Below are positions 34,369 through 44,292 of a stretch of DNA of 64,000 nt, piece after piece. The first letter of the stretch is position 1. The number at the start of each line of letters is the position of its first letter. Made by a program: the position numbers and the translations under genes. The stretch spans positions 248,001 through 312,000 of the IMG/VR virus record IMGVR_UViG_3300050120_000230. One strand, given 5' to 3'. The notes beneath the pieces are model-generated. The model saw only the letters and a program-made list of their open reading frames with translations. It was not told the origin of the DNA and searched no databases.

Positions 34369-35697
34369 ATGATTCAGGGGCTCGACTACTTCTACGACCG
34401 TCAACAGCCGCGCTTTCTTGAACAGATCGTGCGAGCATTCTCGGGCTTCCAGTATATGGCTGGCAGTCGTGCCGGTTTGCCGCCTGCATTGCAGATGGTC
34501 CCTTGCCGATTGGCTTCCACGAACAACGTGGTCGCCAACATCATGAAAAATCAGTCGGAGAACACGCTCCTGACTGTGCCCATGATTACCGTGTGGCAGA
34601 CCAACATCACCGGCAGCACCGACCGTTTGCAGAACCGAAACCACATCGACACCCGCCAGATCGTCGAACGGGCCATCGATCCGAATACCGGGCAATACAC
34701 GGCCGCTCGCGGCCAGAGCTACACCCTCGAACGCATCATGCCCCTGCCGTTCGACATGAACGTTCAGGTCGATATTTGGACTTCCAACTTGGACCAGAAA
34801 TACCAGTTGGAGGAACAAATCCTCACGATCATGTGGCCGAACTTCAACATCCAAAACAGCGACAACGCGCTCGACTGGACGGCCCTCACTGAGGTTCGGA
34901 TTACGGACATCACCCACACGTCGCGCTCGATCCCAATTGGAACATCGGACGAGATCGACATCATGACGCTGCAACTCGAAGTTCCGATCTGGCTCTCGCC
35001 GCCTGCCAAGATTCGTCAGCAGAACCTCATCGAGCAAATCGTCACCAACATCAACGACACCAGCCCGTTGCCCGGCGTCCTTTCCGATGCGGCAAACCCC
35101 GGCACACTGTTGACCCAAAACATCGTCACGCCCGGCAACCATTACATCAAGGTCGATGGTGACGAGATCACGCTGCTCGGCCCGGATGGCGAGCATGAGC
35201 CGCTTCCTTGGCAACCGCTGCTGGACCTTTATGGTTTCCTACGACCCGCCATGAGCCAACTCTATCTGCGGAAAACTTCCGACATCGAAGGACCGTCGAT
35301 TATCGGCGTCCTGCAAGCGTCGGGCGATCCTACGAAGCTACTTTGGCAGATCGACCCCGACACGCTCCCGGCGAACACCCTCGATCCCGTGGATGCCGTG
35401 ATCGATCCCATGCGAACGTTCCCCGGTGACGGTCTTGCTGCTCCGGCCGAAGGGGTTCGCTACCTGCTCATCAATGAGATGGGACCGAGCGTCGCTTGGG
35501 GTCCAATCACCGCACGCTACGGCGATATCATCGAGTTCCATTCCGGCGAATGGGTCGTGGATTTCGCATCGGTGGGGCAAGGCGTTCAGCACGTCACCAA
35601 TCTGCACACCGGCCGCCAACTTCGCTGGACCGGAGATGACTGGGTTCTGGCTATCGACGGGACGTTTGGCCCCGGCTACTGGCGGCTGGCGGTTTAA
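34369..35697 (+). CDS. Tail sheath stabiliser/terminator, T4 gp15-like, with C-terminal extension
   Basis: YFYD.Q..RF..Q..R.FS.F; LTVPMI; ER.MP.PF....VDIWTSNLDQK.QL.EQIL; PIWLSPPAK; CTAAATA at 34335. Confidence 0.85.
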   Translation: MIQGLDYFYDRQQPRFLEQIVRAFSGFQYMAGSRAGLPPALQMVPCRLASTNNVVANIMKNQSENTLLTVPMITVWQTNITGSTDRLQNRNHIDTRQIVERAIDPNTGQYTAARGQSYTLERIMPLPFDMNVQVDIWTSNLDQKYQLEEQILTIMWPNFNIQNSDNALDWTALTEVRITDITHTSRSIPIGTSDEIDIMTLQLEVPIWLSPPAKIRQQNLIEQIVTNINDTSPLPGVLSDAANPGTLLTQNIVTPGNHYIKVDGDEITLLGPDGEHEPLPWQPLLDLYGFLRPAMSQLYLRKTSDIEGPSIIGVLQASGDPTKLLWQIDPDTLPANTLDPVDAVIDPMRTFPGDGLAAPAEGVRYLLINEMGPSVAWGPITARYGDIIEFHSGEWVVDFASVGQGVQHVTNLHTGRQLRWTGDDWVLAIDGTFGPGYWRLAV

Positions 35698-35960
35698 GCG
35701 GCTTCCAGCACTCGCCACGTCCGGCGGGTGTAGACGGCATACCCTTGCTTGCGGGCGCGCTGCATTAGGCGATTCGCCACTTCCTGCCTGATCCACAGAT
35801 CGTTGGGCTCGAACCCGGCCCGACCCATGGCGGCGGCCACATCCATGTTGGTGAAATCACCGCGCATGGCGCCGATCCCGGCGTCGATCACTTGGCTGGA
35901 AACGATCTTGCCTTCGACTGTCATGGGTGCGTTCAGCATTTTCCCCTCCATCTGGATCAA
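35694..35960 (-). CDS. Hypothetical protein
   Basis: Early promoter TTGACG-N16-TATTTT (minus strand, near 35970-35997). Confidence 0.6.
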   Translation of the reverse strand: MIQMEGKMLNAPMTVEGKIVSSQVIDAGIGAMRGDFTNMDVAAAMGRAGFEPNDLWIRQEVANRLMQRARKQGYAVYTRRTWRVLEAA

Positions 35961-36008
35961 CTATAAGGGAAAATACCACCAATGTGGATTCCGTCAACAA
36001 AACTCGTC

Positions 36009-36359
36009 TCAGGAATAGACACCAATATCCCACCGCCAGTAGTGATCGCCGAAACTACTCGGACCACCTTCGATCAGTCTGATTCTAGCGGACGCCAAAG
36101 ACGACGGATGACGAACATCCGCACTGCTCCGGCCATTGTCTTCGATGTTCCAACCCTCGATCATCAGCAAAGCAAGCAGACGACTGCGGCAATCGAGGAC
36201 GGTGTCGTAATCCTCGCCTTCAACGATGATGGCGTATTTGTTAACCGAGTAACGGTTCCCCAGCGGGTCATCATGCATGACCACATCGGCATCGCCGATG
36301 ACCTCGCGGGCCTTCGACCATAACCGTCTGCTCAGTTTTTTTCTCTGCGTCTCGGACAT
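36009..36359 (-). CDS. Hypothetical protein
   Basis: ORF. Confidence 0.55.
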   Translation of the reverse strand: MSETQRKKLSRRLWSKAREVIGDADVVMHDDPLGNRYSVNKYAIIVEGEDYDTVLDCRSRLLALLMIEGWNIEDNGRSSADVRHPSSLASARIRLIEGGPSSFGDHYWRWDIGVYS

Positions 36360-36439
36360 GTCTATACTTTACCGCAGGGAGTTTGGTTGACCAAACGAAT
36401 ATTTCGAGTAGATTGGCATCTTCAATTTGAGGAAATCGC

Positions 36440-37522
36440 ATGGACGTTGGCACCCGCGTGAAGATCGTTGCGAAGCAATCTTCGTGGAACCGTGCGATGT
36501 CCGCCGAACCCCACGTCGGTCTGACCGGAATCGTCTCCGAGGAATCGACCACTCCGGTGGGCAAGGTTTGCGTTGAGTTCGACGCATGGAAACTCGGCTA
36601 CGAGGGCGATGAACCCATCCGATTGTTTATCGAAACGAACACTCTCGAAGCGTGGTCACTGCTTGATGAGTTCGTGCGTCGGGCCATGCTGACTCACCCG
36701 TCGATCTATCCCAATCGTGCGCGGGTTCTCACCCACTGCTATCTCACTCTCGGCAACGGTGTCGATTGGCAAGAGGATGGCACACTGTCCTTGGACAACT
36801 ATGACGAGGTGATGGATTACAGCGATCTGGACGAACGTCTGGAACGCTGGCACCCCGAGGCCATGAAGGATCGTGAGGCGGGAAAACCGCTGAAGCCCTA
36901 CATGATCGACATGCTCGCGCAAGCCGAGGCGGACATCGTCAAGGAACGAGCGAAACGCGCCGAGACAGCGCGCAACATCTACGAACTCGCCAGCAAGCGT
37001 GCGACGGATTTTCGCTTCGTGTATGACAAGGTGAAAAGCTTCACGGCCGACAACGTCGAGGAAACGCACGGCGGCCACTACGAAGAAGCAAAGAACATCG
37101 TCGGCTATATCGAAAGTGGCTACCTCACAATCGCCAACATGCCCGACCGTGTTGAACAATCGTTCTTCATGGGCGCCCTTGACTTGATCGAGGCTGTCGT
37201 CCGCAGTCAACCGGATGGCGATCCCCATGCCGTCACACTGAAGGATTTTGCGACATTGCTCACCAAGACGCACACGACCTATGACGGCGGGGCGCCGAAA
37301 GCACGAGAACCCGTGGTCGTCCCCGCATCGGATGGGCCGCCGACGATTAGCCTCCGTGAATCCGATCCGGGTGGCCATGTCTGCGTGCTGGCGAACGGAA
37401 CCGAGGTGCGTCGGTTCAGCGAGTATCAACGCGCGGCCTTGTACGCCCAACGAACCTACAATCTGTCCGACGCGGAGTTGATGGCGATCTACCACGACTA
37501 CCGCGAAGACTACGACGCGTAA
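36440..37522 (+). CDS. Hypothetical protein
   Basis: Early promoter TTGACC-N16-TAGATT at 36387; SD GAGGA. Confidence 0.75.
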   Translation: MDVGTRVKIVAKQSSWNRAMSAEPHVGLTGIVSEESTTPVGKVCVEFDAWKLGYEGDEPIRLFIETNTLEAWSLLDEFVRRAMLTHPSIYPNRARVLTHCYLTLGNGVDWQEDGTLSLDNYDEVMDYSDLDERLERWHPEAMKDREAGKPLKPYMIDMLAQAEADIVKERAKRAETARNIYELASKRATDFRFVYDKVKSFTADNVEETHGGHYEEAKNIVGYIESGYLTIANMPDRVEQSFFMGALDLIEAVVRSQPDGDPHAVTLKDFATLLTKTHTTYDGGAPKAREPVVVPASDGPPTISLRESDPGGHVCVLANGTEVRRFSEYQRAALYAQRTYNLSDAELMAIYHDYREDYDA

Positions 37523-37531
37523 GGGAACACC

Positions 37532-39298
37532 ATGGCCAGCACCGATATCAAGCAAATCCTGACGGATCACTATCGCAACGCGACCGATCAGTATCCCGAC
37601 GACTGGAAGCGCGTGTCGAAGAAGGTCTACAAGGCCATCAACGGCAGCAAGATCGAGGTGCGCGAGTTCAGCAGCGCCATCCTGAAGATTCAGGTCGTGA
37701 CTATCGAGATCGATGGCAAGGTCGGCATCGTGGAGACCGAGGCGGCGCTGATCGCCTTCGCCGTTTCCTTGGGCGATTCTGCTGCTGACGCTGCGACCAA
37801 GGTGGCGGCGCTCGGCCTGACGTTCGGTGGTGCACCGGTGACGAAGCAGCCGCAAATCACCCAAGAAGACTTGGATACGGTTCGGGCCGAACTTAACGCT
37901 ATCGCTTCCCCCGCGAAGGCGGCTCCCAAAGCCCCCGCCACACCCAAGACGCCGAACAAGAAAGCCCTGATGAAGAAGGGCACCAAGTGGCGCGTCACGC
38001 AAGACTGCGTCATCCACGGTTGGGTGGACAATCCCGCCTACTACGTCGAGATGCGACGCCTCGATGCCGCGCACATCAGCGGCCAACCGCGTGTGGATGC
38101 TCTCCAAAAAGTCGGCAAGCACATGAAGATCGAAGTGGCCAAGCTGAAGGCTGGAACCGTGCTGACGGTTACCGGCAAGCTGGTCGCCGACTTGAACAAC
38201 AGCGTGTGGTTCAATGGCGGTCAGAAGACCGAAGGCAACGGTCACGGCGTGCCGTTTTCGTTCAAGCTCGGCGACAACGAGCTTCTGAACGCCAAGGTCC
38301 ACCGGCCGGTCTTCGCAGGGCATCAGCCCTACCTTCAGCCGGGCGAAGCGATCATCACGGGCGACGATGTCATCGCTGTGTTGGGTTACAAGTTCGTCGA
38401 ACAATTTCTGGAACAGGAAGGCGAGGCAGCCGAGCAGTATATCTACCTGCTCCGCAACAAGACCACCGGCCTGTTCTACAAGATGATCCGACACGATATG
38501 AAGCAATACATCCACGCTCCCGAGTGGGATGCGTGGACTGACGCGCGAGAAAAGGCTTTCCCGCGACAAGTCTCGTCGCAAGCTGAATCCGCACGCTGGA
38601 CTCAGTGGCATAAGGACAACAAGTTCGAGGGCAAAACCGGCCACTATGCGCTGAAGGCCGTCAAAGATGATGCCGAATATTTCGAATGGGAGGCCAAAGT
38701 CACCAAGGCCAAGCAATACGCCGACATGGGAAAGATGAAGACTTCGATTCTCAACTTCATCGGCTATCACAATGGCTTGGAAGAACCGACTCATGAATCC
38801 GGGTCGTGGGTCGAAAACATTCGCTCCGGTGATGGAGACGAAGTGGGCTACCCGTTCCTGTCCGGCTTCGAAGCCGTCAAGATGGAAAAGTTCTCCAAGC
38901 GCGAAATCGAGATCATCGATCTTCAAAGTTGGTATGAGCGAACCATCCGTCTGCGGAGGATCACGGCCACCTACGGTTCATCGGTTCGCAGCCTCTACAA
39001 CAAGCTCGACAAGGCCAGCGAGATCGACGCGTGGCCCTATGTCGTCGTGTTCAGGAGCGGCAAGAAGGATCGCTGGGACGAAACCATCGATCTGACGCCG
39101 GAGCAGACGGCTTCCATCGACGACACCATCGTGCAGCTTGGTGGATCGCCGAAGAAGGTGAAACGCGCCAAGGCGTTCGGCAGTCTCGCCGTGGCTGTTG
39201 ACAGTCTGTCGTTCGGCTTCGGCCTCAAGATGGGCGCGGATGACACCACGTCCGCCATCATCGAACTGAAGACCATGCAGGAGATGGTTCAGGAGTGA
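37532..39298 (+). CDS. Large hypothetical protein containing a TGLF[WY]-family module
   Basis: YLLRNKTTGLFY; strong phage codon bias. Confidence 0.8.
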   Translation: MASTDIKQILTDHYRNATDQYPDDWKRVSKKVYKAINGSKIEVREFSSAILKIQVVTIEIDGKVGIVETEAALIAFAVSLGDSAADAATKVAALGLTFGGAPVTKQPQITQEDLDTVRAELNAIASPAKAAPKAPATPKTPNKKALMKKGTKWRVTQDCVIHGWVDNPAYYVEMRRLDAAHISGQPRVDALQKVGKHMKIEVAKLKAGTVLTVTGKLVADLNNSVWFNGGQKTEGNGHGVPFSFKLGDNELLNAKVHRPVFAGHQPYLQPGEAIITGDDVIAVLGYKFVEQFLEQEGEAAEQYIYLLRNKTTGLFYKMIRHDMKQYIHAPEWDAWTDAREKAFPRQVSSQAESARWTQWHKDNKFEGKTGHYALKAVKDDAEYFEWEAKVTKAKQYADMGKMKTSILNFIGYHNGLEEPTHESGSWVENIRSGDGDEVGYPFLSGFEAVKMEKFSKREIEIIDLQSWYERTIRLRRITATYGSSVRSLYNKLDKASEIDAWPYVVVFRSGKKDRWDETIDLTPEQTASIDDTIVQLGGSPKKVKRAKAFGSLAVAVDSLSFGFGLKMGADDTTSAIIELKTMQEMVQE

Positions 39299-39768
39299 TC
39301 GAACCCAATATCCATGGCGTGCCCGCGCAGACGATCATGATCGTCTGTGAGCGCATCCATGTGCTTGGCCATATCATTCGACGACACCCGACTTTACACG
39401 CGCTCGAAATCATGGGGGTTAAGTTCCTCTTTGAAGAAAATGCGATCCAGCGCGGTTACCAGAACATGCGCGAAATACATCTGCGCGGAGAAGACTGGGA
39501 AGTTTGGATGCGGAGCATTCGCTTCGTCCCAGAATACGAACCGGTCGAATGGAACGTCAAAGCCGGAGCTACCACTTCATGGCCCAAGCCGCGAAAAGCC
39601 AAAGCCCTCCCCGATGACGTTGTGCGCTGGGGCCGAGAAGCATACTATCAAATCAACGGTCTTCGTTTCGACGGCGACGAAGAGACGTTCAAGAAGAACA
39701 TGGTCATAGCCAAGATGCTCGGCGATCTCGCCGACTGGCAACATGCTCTTGACGCGTTCAAAAGTTGA
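39295..39768 (+). CDS. GD..F..D subfamily protein
   Basis: FDGDEETFKKNMVIAKML. Confidence 0.65.
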   Translation: MIEPNIHGVPAQTIMIVCERIHVLGHIIRRHPTLHALEIMGVKFLFEENAIQRGYQNMREIHLRGEDWEVWMRSIRFVPEYEPVEWNVKAGATTSWPKPRKAKALPDDVVRWGREAYYQINGLRFDGDEETFKKNMVIAKMLGDLADWQHALDAFKS

Positions 39769-39804
39769 CTTCTGTCATTTGGTTGACTAAATCTAAATTA
39801 CTCT

Positions 39805-39897
39805 CTGAGTGGCCGCGCGGCGCGAAGGGAGCCTAAAGAACACGGCGCCGCTGGTTCCGGCCGGGTTGGATTCCCGGTGATCCGGCGGCGTCGTCAC
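39805..39897 (+). ncRNA. GC-rich structured element of unknown class upstream of valS
   Basis: Stems CGGCGC/GCGCCG and CCGGG-TTGGATT-CCCGG within a longer CGCTGG/CCGGCG helix. Confidence 0.35.
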
Positions 39898-39940
39898 TAA
39901 ATACGCACTTAATCGCCATACCGTAGGAGGATAGGCAAAT

Positions 39941-41422
39941 GTGGGACGTAAGCAGCTAACGAAGACCTTCGATCATCGCACCGAAGAGTCCTCGATCTAT
40001 CAGAATTGGGAGACTAGCGGTGCGTTCGCCCCTCGCGGCGACGGTCCTGCTTATTTTCTCCCAATGCCACCGCCGAATATCACCGGCATCTTGCACATGG
40101 GGCACGCACTTTTCGCGACCCTGCAAGACATCTCGACCCGCTATCATCGCATGAAAGGGGACGCCACGTTGTGGCTGCCGGGAAGCGACCATGCGGGCCT
40201 CGCAACGCAAGACAAGCTCGATGCTCTCATGATCGAGCAAGGGCTCGACCCTAACGGTCCAGAGTTCGATGCGTTCGCGGAAACCTACAAGCTCAGCCTG
40301 CAAGGCACGATCATGAAACAGCTTCGAAGCTGTGGTGCATCGTGTGATTGGTCCCGCGAGACGTTCACGCTCGACGACCGCTACTCCAACGCCGTCCAGA
40401 CGGCTTGGAAAAAGTGCAACGACGCTGGCCTGACCTACGCCAAGGAAGGTGAACTCTTCATCAACATGGAGCCATTGGCCAAGCGTCTGCTTGACCATCT
40501 CGATGCTGGTGATCTGAAGATCATTCCGGCCGGTGGAGAAGGAACTCTGCGGAACTTCCTGACCAAGATCGAGCCATGGAACATCAGTCGTAAAATCCGC
40601 TGGGGTCACAAAATCCCCGGATGGTTCCACGACGGGCACAACATGGTCTTCGATACATGGTTCTCGTCGGCACTCTGGCCGTTCGCCACGCTTGGTTGGC
40701 CAGACGACACCGAAGACATGCAGCGATTCTACCCGGCGGCCATGATCGAAACGGCTGACGACATTCTGTTCTTCTGGTGTGCGCGGATGCTCATGATGGG
40801 CCTCCTGCTCACCGACCGTCTGCCGTTCGACACGATCTTCCTGCACGGTTTGATCCGTGACAAGCACGGAAAGAAGATGTCGAAATCGGCTGGCAACGGC
40901 ATCGACCCACTCGACATCATCGAACGTTACGGCGCCGACAGTATGCGGTTTGCCTTGGCCGAAGCTGCCACGCCCGGTCAAGACATGAGGATGTGGGACG
41001 ACAAGTTCCAAGCAGGCAAAGCTCTGCGGACGAAACTGTGGAACGCCGCTCGATATTCCTTGGCCCATTACGAACGCCTAGGAAGCCCGCAGGAGCCCTT
41101 TAAGCCCTCGAAGCACTACGACGACGTTGAGATGGAAAAGAGGCTCACAGCGGCTCACAGGGACGCTACAGAGGCATTTGAAGAGCTACGTTACCACGAG
41201 GCTGCTCATGGGATCAGAAAGTTCATCTTCGAAGACTTGTGTGGCTGGTATATCGAGGCCACGAAGAGCCGTCTATACGACGAAGATGACCAAGATGCTC
41301 TTCAAACCCTGATGTGGGCTCTGGATGGCACGTTGAAGATGCTTCATCCGATCATGCCGTTCATCACTGAGCGCATTCGTGAGGCATATTCGGGCACGCC
41401 GCTCATCACAGATGCGTGGTAG
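39941..41422 (+). CDS. valS: Minimal valyl-tRNA synthetase (no CP1 editing domain, no C-terminal coiled coil)
   Basis: PPPNITGILHMGH, GSDHAGLATQ, WNISR..RWGH.IP, VFDTWFSSALWPF, KMSKS, YG.D..RF, LHP.MPFITE. Confidence 0.95.
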   Translation: MGRKQLTKTFDHRTEESSIYQNWETSGAFAPRGDGPAYFLPMPPPNITGILHMGHALFATLQDISTRYHRMKGDATLWLPGSDHAGLATQDKLDALMIEQGLDPNGPEFDAFAETYKLSLQGTIMKQLRSCGASCDWSRETFTLDDRYSNAVQTAWKKCNDAGLTYAKEGELFINMEPLAKRLLDHLDAGDLKIIPAGGEGTLRNFLTKIEPWNISRKIRWGHKIPGWFHDGHNMVFDTWFSSALWPFATLGWPDDTEDMQRFYPAAMIETADDILFFWCARMLMMGLLLTDRLPFDTIFLHGLIRDKHGKKMSKSAGNGIDPLDIIERYGADSMRFALAEAATPGQDMRMWDDKFQAGKALRTKLWNAARYSLAHYERLGSPQEPFKPSKHYDDVEMEKRLTAAHRDATEAFEELRYHEAAHGIRKFIFEDLCGWYIEATKSRLYDEDDQDALQTLMWALDGTLKMLHPIMPFITERIREAYSGTPLITDAW

Positions 41423-41708
41423 CCGAAAACGTTGTGGCAAGGGCGGCGAATCTAGGTCAAGGTTCGCCGTCCAACCACGGGAGGCATCATTGGGTAGGCC
41501 ACAGGATACCGGGTTCTTCGCAAGCCGAGACGATCTCGTTCGAGCAATCTGGGACCTACATTTTGAGGGCCTGTCGCAAGGACAAATCCGCGAACGCTGT
41601 GGCGTGAGCCAGCGCGTCTACACGCAGGCCCGCGCTGAGGCAGTCGTGTCGTTCGAACCTACCCGAGAACAAATGATCCGCCTGCAAAGTGCGCTCAAGG
41701 GCGCCTAA
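41379..41708 (+). CDS. Small HTH-like protein
   Basis: GLSQGQIRERCGVSQR; start uncertain. Confidence 0.45.
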   Translation: MRHIRARRSSQMRGSRKRCGKGGESRSRFAVQPREASLGRPQDTGFFASRDDLVRAIWDLHFEGLSQGQIRERCGVSQRVYTQARAEAVVSFEPTREQMIRLQSALKGA

Positions 41709-41726
41709 TGAAACGTTGTGCGCTCT

Positions 41727-42002
41727 TCAGAGCGTAAGGAACATTTTCGCGAAGACAGCATCGGCCGGGACCTTGCATCCCACGATGTATTCGTAGTTCA
41801 CCGAATGCATGGTGCAGAATGTCCAATCGTTCGTCATGAATGGCGCGACTGCATCTGGAAAATCAGAAGGTTTGATTTTCGAAGAGATCGTGACCGTGCA
41901 TGGGAAACCATTGTCGATCATGTATTGGAGACGTTCATCCCAATCGGCGTGTTTCTGGTAATACTCACCAGCCCATTCGCTTAGAGGAATGCACCTACTC
42001 AA
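41727..42002 (-). CDS. DAxxFK[LM]xW-family protein
   Basis: DAVFAKMFL. Confidence 0.65.
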   Translation of the reverse strand: MSRCIPLSEWAGEYYQKHADWDERLQYMIDNGFPCTVTISSKIKPSDFPDAVAPFMTNDWTFCTMHSVNYEYIVGCKVPADAVFAKMFLTL

Positions 42003-42262
42003 AACCAGAACAACTTGAACATAGTTGCATCGGTCTCACTGACCGTTTCGAATGTCGGCTTGTAGCCTATGCCAGAATACCAACTGGCATTCATGTTCTC
42101 AATGCACCAGTCCCATGTTTCATGGGCCATGAAGTAGCCGTCGTTCTGGTTGCCCTCAACGAGATGGCGAGGCAAGTCGATCTTATATACGACAGGTTTC
42201 GTCGATTGGATCAGTTCGACCCAATTGTTCAAGCCACAGTAAGATTTACCGAGAGCAATCAT
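41999..42262 (-). CDS. DAxxFK[LM]xW-family protein
   Basis: WCIEN...DATMFKLFWF. Confidence 0.75.
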   Translation of the reverse strand: MIALGKSYCGLNNWVELIQSTKPVVYKIDLPRHLVEGNQNDGYFMAHETWDWCIENMNASWYSGIGYKPTFETVSETDATMFKLFWF

Positions 42263-42576
42263 AGCCAGAACGTCTTGAAGAGCACGGCGTCGCGCTCGTT
42301 GAATAGTTGAAAATGGATATACGTCTTGGGACGGGGCTCATAGTGACAGACGTTCACCAGTCCTTCTCTATTTTCCATGAGCCAGTCATAGGCATCTTGT
42401 GCTCGCCCACTGAACATGTTCGGCCCGAAGTCATAGGACGCGCGCTTCGGTGTGGCAGCCGTTCGAAGCTTCAGGCCAAACGTCGCCACGGTCACGTTGC
42501 AGAGTTCAATGATCTCTGGCGCGGGCTCATTAGCACCATCGCCCCATCCGAAAGGAAACACCGGCCTCACATCCAC
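42259..42576 (-). CDS. DAxxFK[LM]xW-family protein
   Basis: DAVLFKTFWL. Confidence 0.75.
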   Translation of the reverse strand: MDVRPVFPFGWGDGANEPAPEIIELCNVTVATFGLKLRTAATPKRASYDFGPNMFSGRAQDAYDWLMENREGLVNVCHYEPRPKTYIHFQLFNERDAVLFKTFWL

Positions 42577-42830
42577 ATCAACTTGAACTGCAAGGCATCG
42601 CGATAATTGGGAATGCCCAGATAGAAAACATCTGCATTTGAATTCGGGTAAAACAGGTCCGCAAAATTTGCCTTTGCCCAGTTGAATGCGGCTTCCGCCT
42701 TTGGCTCCCAGTTATAGACTGCCACCGGCGCGTCGCAACATTGAATGGCTTCTCGTTGCAACGCAAATACCCAGCCCGCCGCAACTTCGACCGGCCCAGA
42801 GATTTCCAAAATCGGGTCAGAGATTTCCAT
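42567..42830 (-). CDS. DAxxFK[LM]xW-family protein
   Basis: DALQFKLMWM. Confidence 0.75.
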   Translation of the reverse strand: MEISDPILEISGPVEVAAGWVFALQREAIQCCDAPVAVYNWEPKAEAAFNWAKANFADLFYPNSNADVFYLGIPNYRDALQFKLMWM

Positions 42831-42907
42831 TAACGAAGCCTAACACGGTCGAGAGTGGTTCGCCAAAATTTCGTTGACCATTTTACCCAGCCTGCTACCA
42901 TCTCAGG

Positions 42908-43591
42908 ATGGACAAGAAGTCGATCATCATCACGGAAGAAAGGTCGGTCACTGCGGGTTCGGAATACCTCCGCAAGACCAGAGTCAGCCGCGTCAACACT
43001 TGCTGGAAGATCGTGGACACCGAAACCGGATTGTTCTGGAACGGATACAATGCCCAGTGCAATCACGTCGTTGGTACGCGTTTCGAACGGCGTTCATCGC
43101 TCGACGATGCCGTGAAATACTGCATCTTGCATGGTGGATTTCCGAAGACGTGGGACGTGGTCGAAGTTCGTCTCAGCGAGACTGAGATGGGGCGCCTGCG
43201 TGGCGAGGACGTGGTCATCGACTACCAGATCGAGACCGAACTTCCGAAAATCCTGAAGCAACGATTCTCTTGCAACGAAACTGAGACAGGACACGGCGTG
43301 ACCCTGTTTCGGCGGATGCGTCGCAAGGGTGAGTTCGATGCGTGTCCGTTCATTGGCCTGCGCTCTGGGAAATATACCCATAGCTGGCCTACCTTCAAAT
43401 CCGCCCTGAAGGGCGTAACCGGCGATCTCACGGGTAGATTGCAAGCCGAGACCGGTGGTTGGGTTCTGTTCGCCGACAAGGAAGCTGCGACGATGGCGAG
43501 GTTGACCGACACGCTGAAGGGCGTGGGGGAAATCAAAGAACTCAAGATCGCATTCTCGCGCGCCATCGGTCTCCCGGTGGATCGAATCTGA
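42908..43591 (+). CDS. TGLFW-family protein 1
   Basis: WKIVDTETGLFW. Confidence 0.7.
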   Translation: MDKKSIIITEERSVTAGSEYLRKTRVSRVNTCWKIVDTETGLFWNGYNAQCNHVVGTRFERRSSLDDAVKYCILHGGFPKTWDVVEVRLSETEMGRLRGEDVVIDYQIETELPKILKQRFSCNETETGHGVTLFRRMRRKGEFDACPFIGLRSGKYTHSWPTFKSALKGVTGDLTGRLQAETGGWVLFADKEAATMARLTDTLKGVGEIKELKIAFSRAIGLPVDRI

Positions 43592-44292
43592 TGAAGTCTG
43601 TCGCCGTAGATTTTGAAGACGGCATGACGCCCGCGAAACCGCGCGCTTACAAGACCGTGCGGCCGGTGAACAAATCCATGTTCAAGTTGCGCGATCCCAA
43701 GACCGGTCTGTTCTGGGGCGTCTCGTCCTCCAAGACGCCGATGTTCAACAATATCGGGAAAAGTTGGAGCACGCGCAAGTCGGCTATGCGGAACTGGGCC
43801 GAATACAATTTCGAGGGTATGCTCGCCTCTGACAATCGCGCGCCGCTTGAACTCGCTGTGTTCGAAGTGACGACCGTCGAACAGAACGTCATTCCGGTCT
43901 GTGACATTTCCATGGAAAGAGTGGCCAAGGTGGAAGCGGTTCTCGGTAAGAATGCCGGGCACTATGGGATGATCGAGTTCCTGAAGAACATTGCTCGGGA
44001 AAACAAGTTCAACGCGGCCTACGTCATCGACGCAGAGGGAAACCGTGAGTTCGCCACGCCGTCTCCCGTCCCGGCCAATATCAAGTTCCGGGACAATCTA
44101 CAGCGTTCTTCCGGGCTATCTACCGATCAGTCTACCTATTTGCTTCTTGCGCTCGAATCCTTTACTGATCTCGCGTTCATGAGAATGGCAATCAGTGAGA
44201 ATATTGTTGCCATCTATGACATTGATGAGATCATCGCCCGGTATGATGGTGGCGAGCGCCATGACCGGAAGAAAAGAGGAGATGCGTTTTGA
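43591..44292 (+). CDS. TGLFW-family protein 2
   Basis: FKLRDPKTGLFW. Confidence 0.7.
   Translation: MKSVAVDFEDGMTPAKPRAYKTVRPVNKSMFKLRDPKTGLFWGVSSSKTPMFNNIGKSWSTRKSAMRNWAEYNFEGMLASDNRAPLELAVFEVTTVEQNVIPVCDISMERVAKVEAVLGKNAGHYGMIEFLKNIARENKFNAAYVIDAEGNREFATPSPVPANIKFRDNLQRSSGLSTDQSTYLLLALESFTDLAFMRMAISENIVAIYDIDEIIARYDGGERHDRKKRGDAF

Noticed and set aside
36656-38926. 756-aa minus-strand ORF, and similar long antisense ORFs (33784-35214, 39956-41068, 52259-53461, 29453-30436, 8489-9625)
   Set aside because: Shadows of genuine genes on the opposite strand caused by GC-rich codon bias; no recognisable motifs
39805-39897. tRNA-Sec or amber suppressor (CTA) tRNA
   Set aside because: T-arm-like hairpin present, but no complementary acceptor 5' strand and no anticodon stem around CTA
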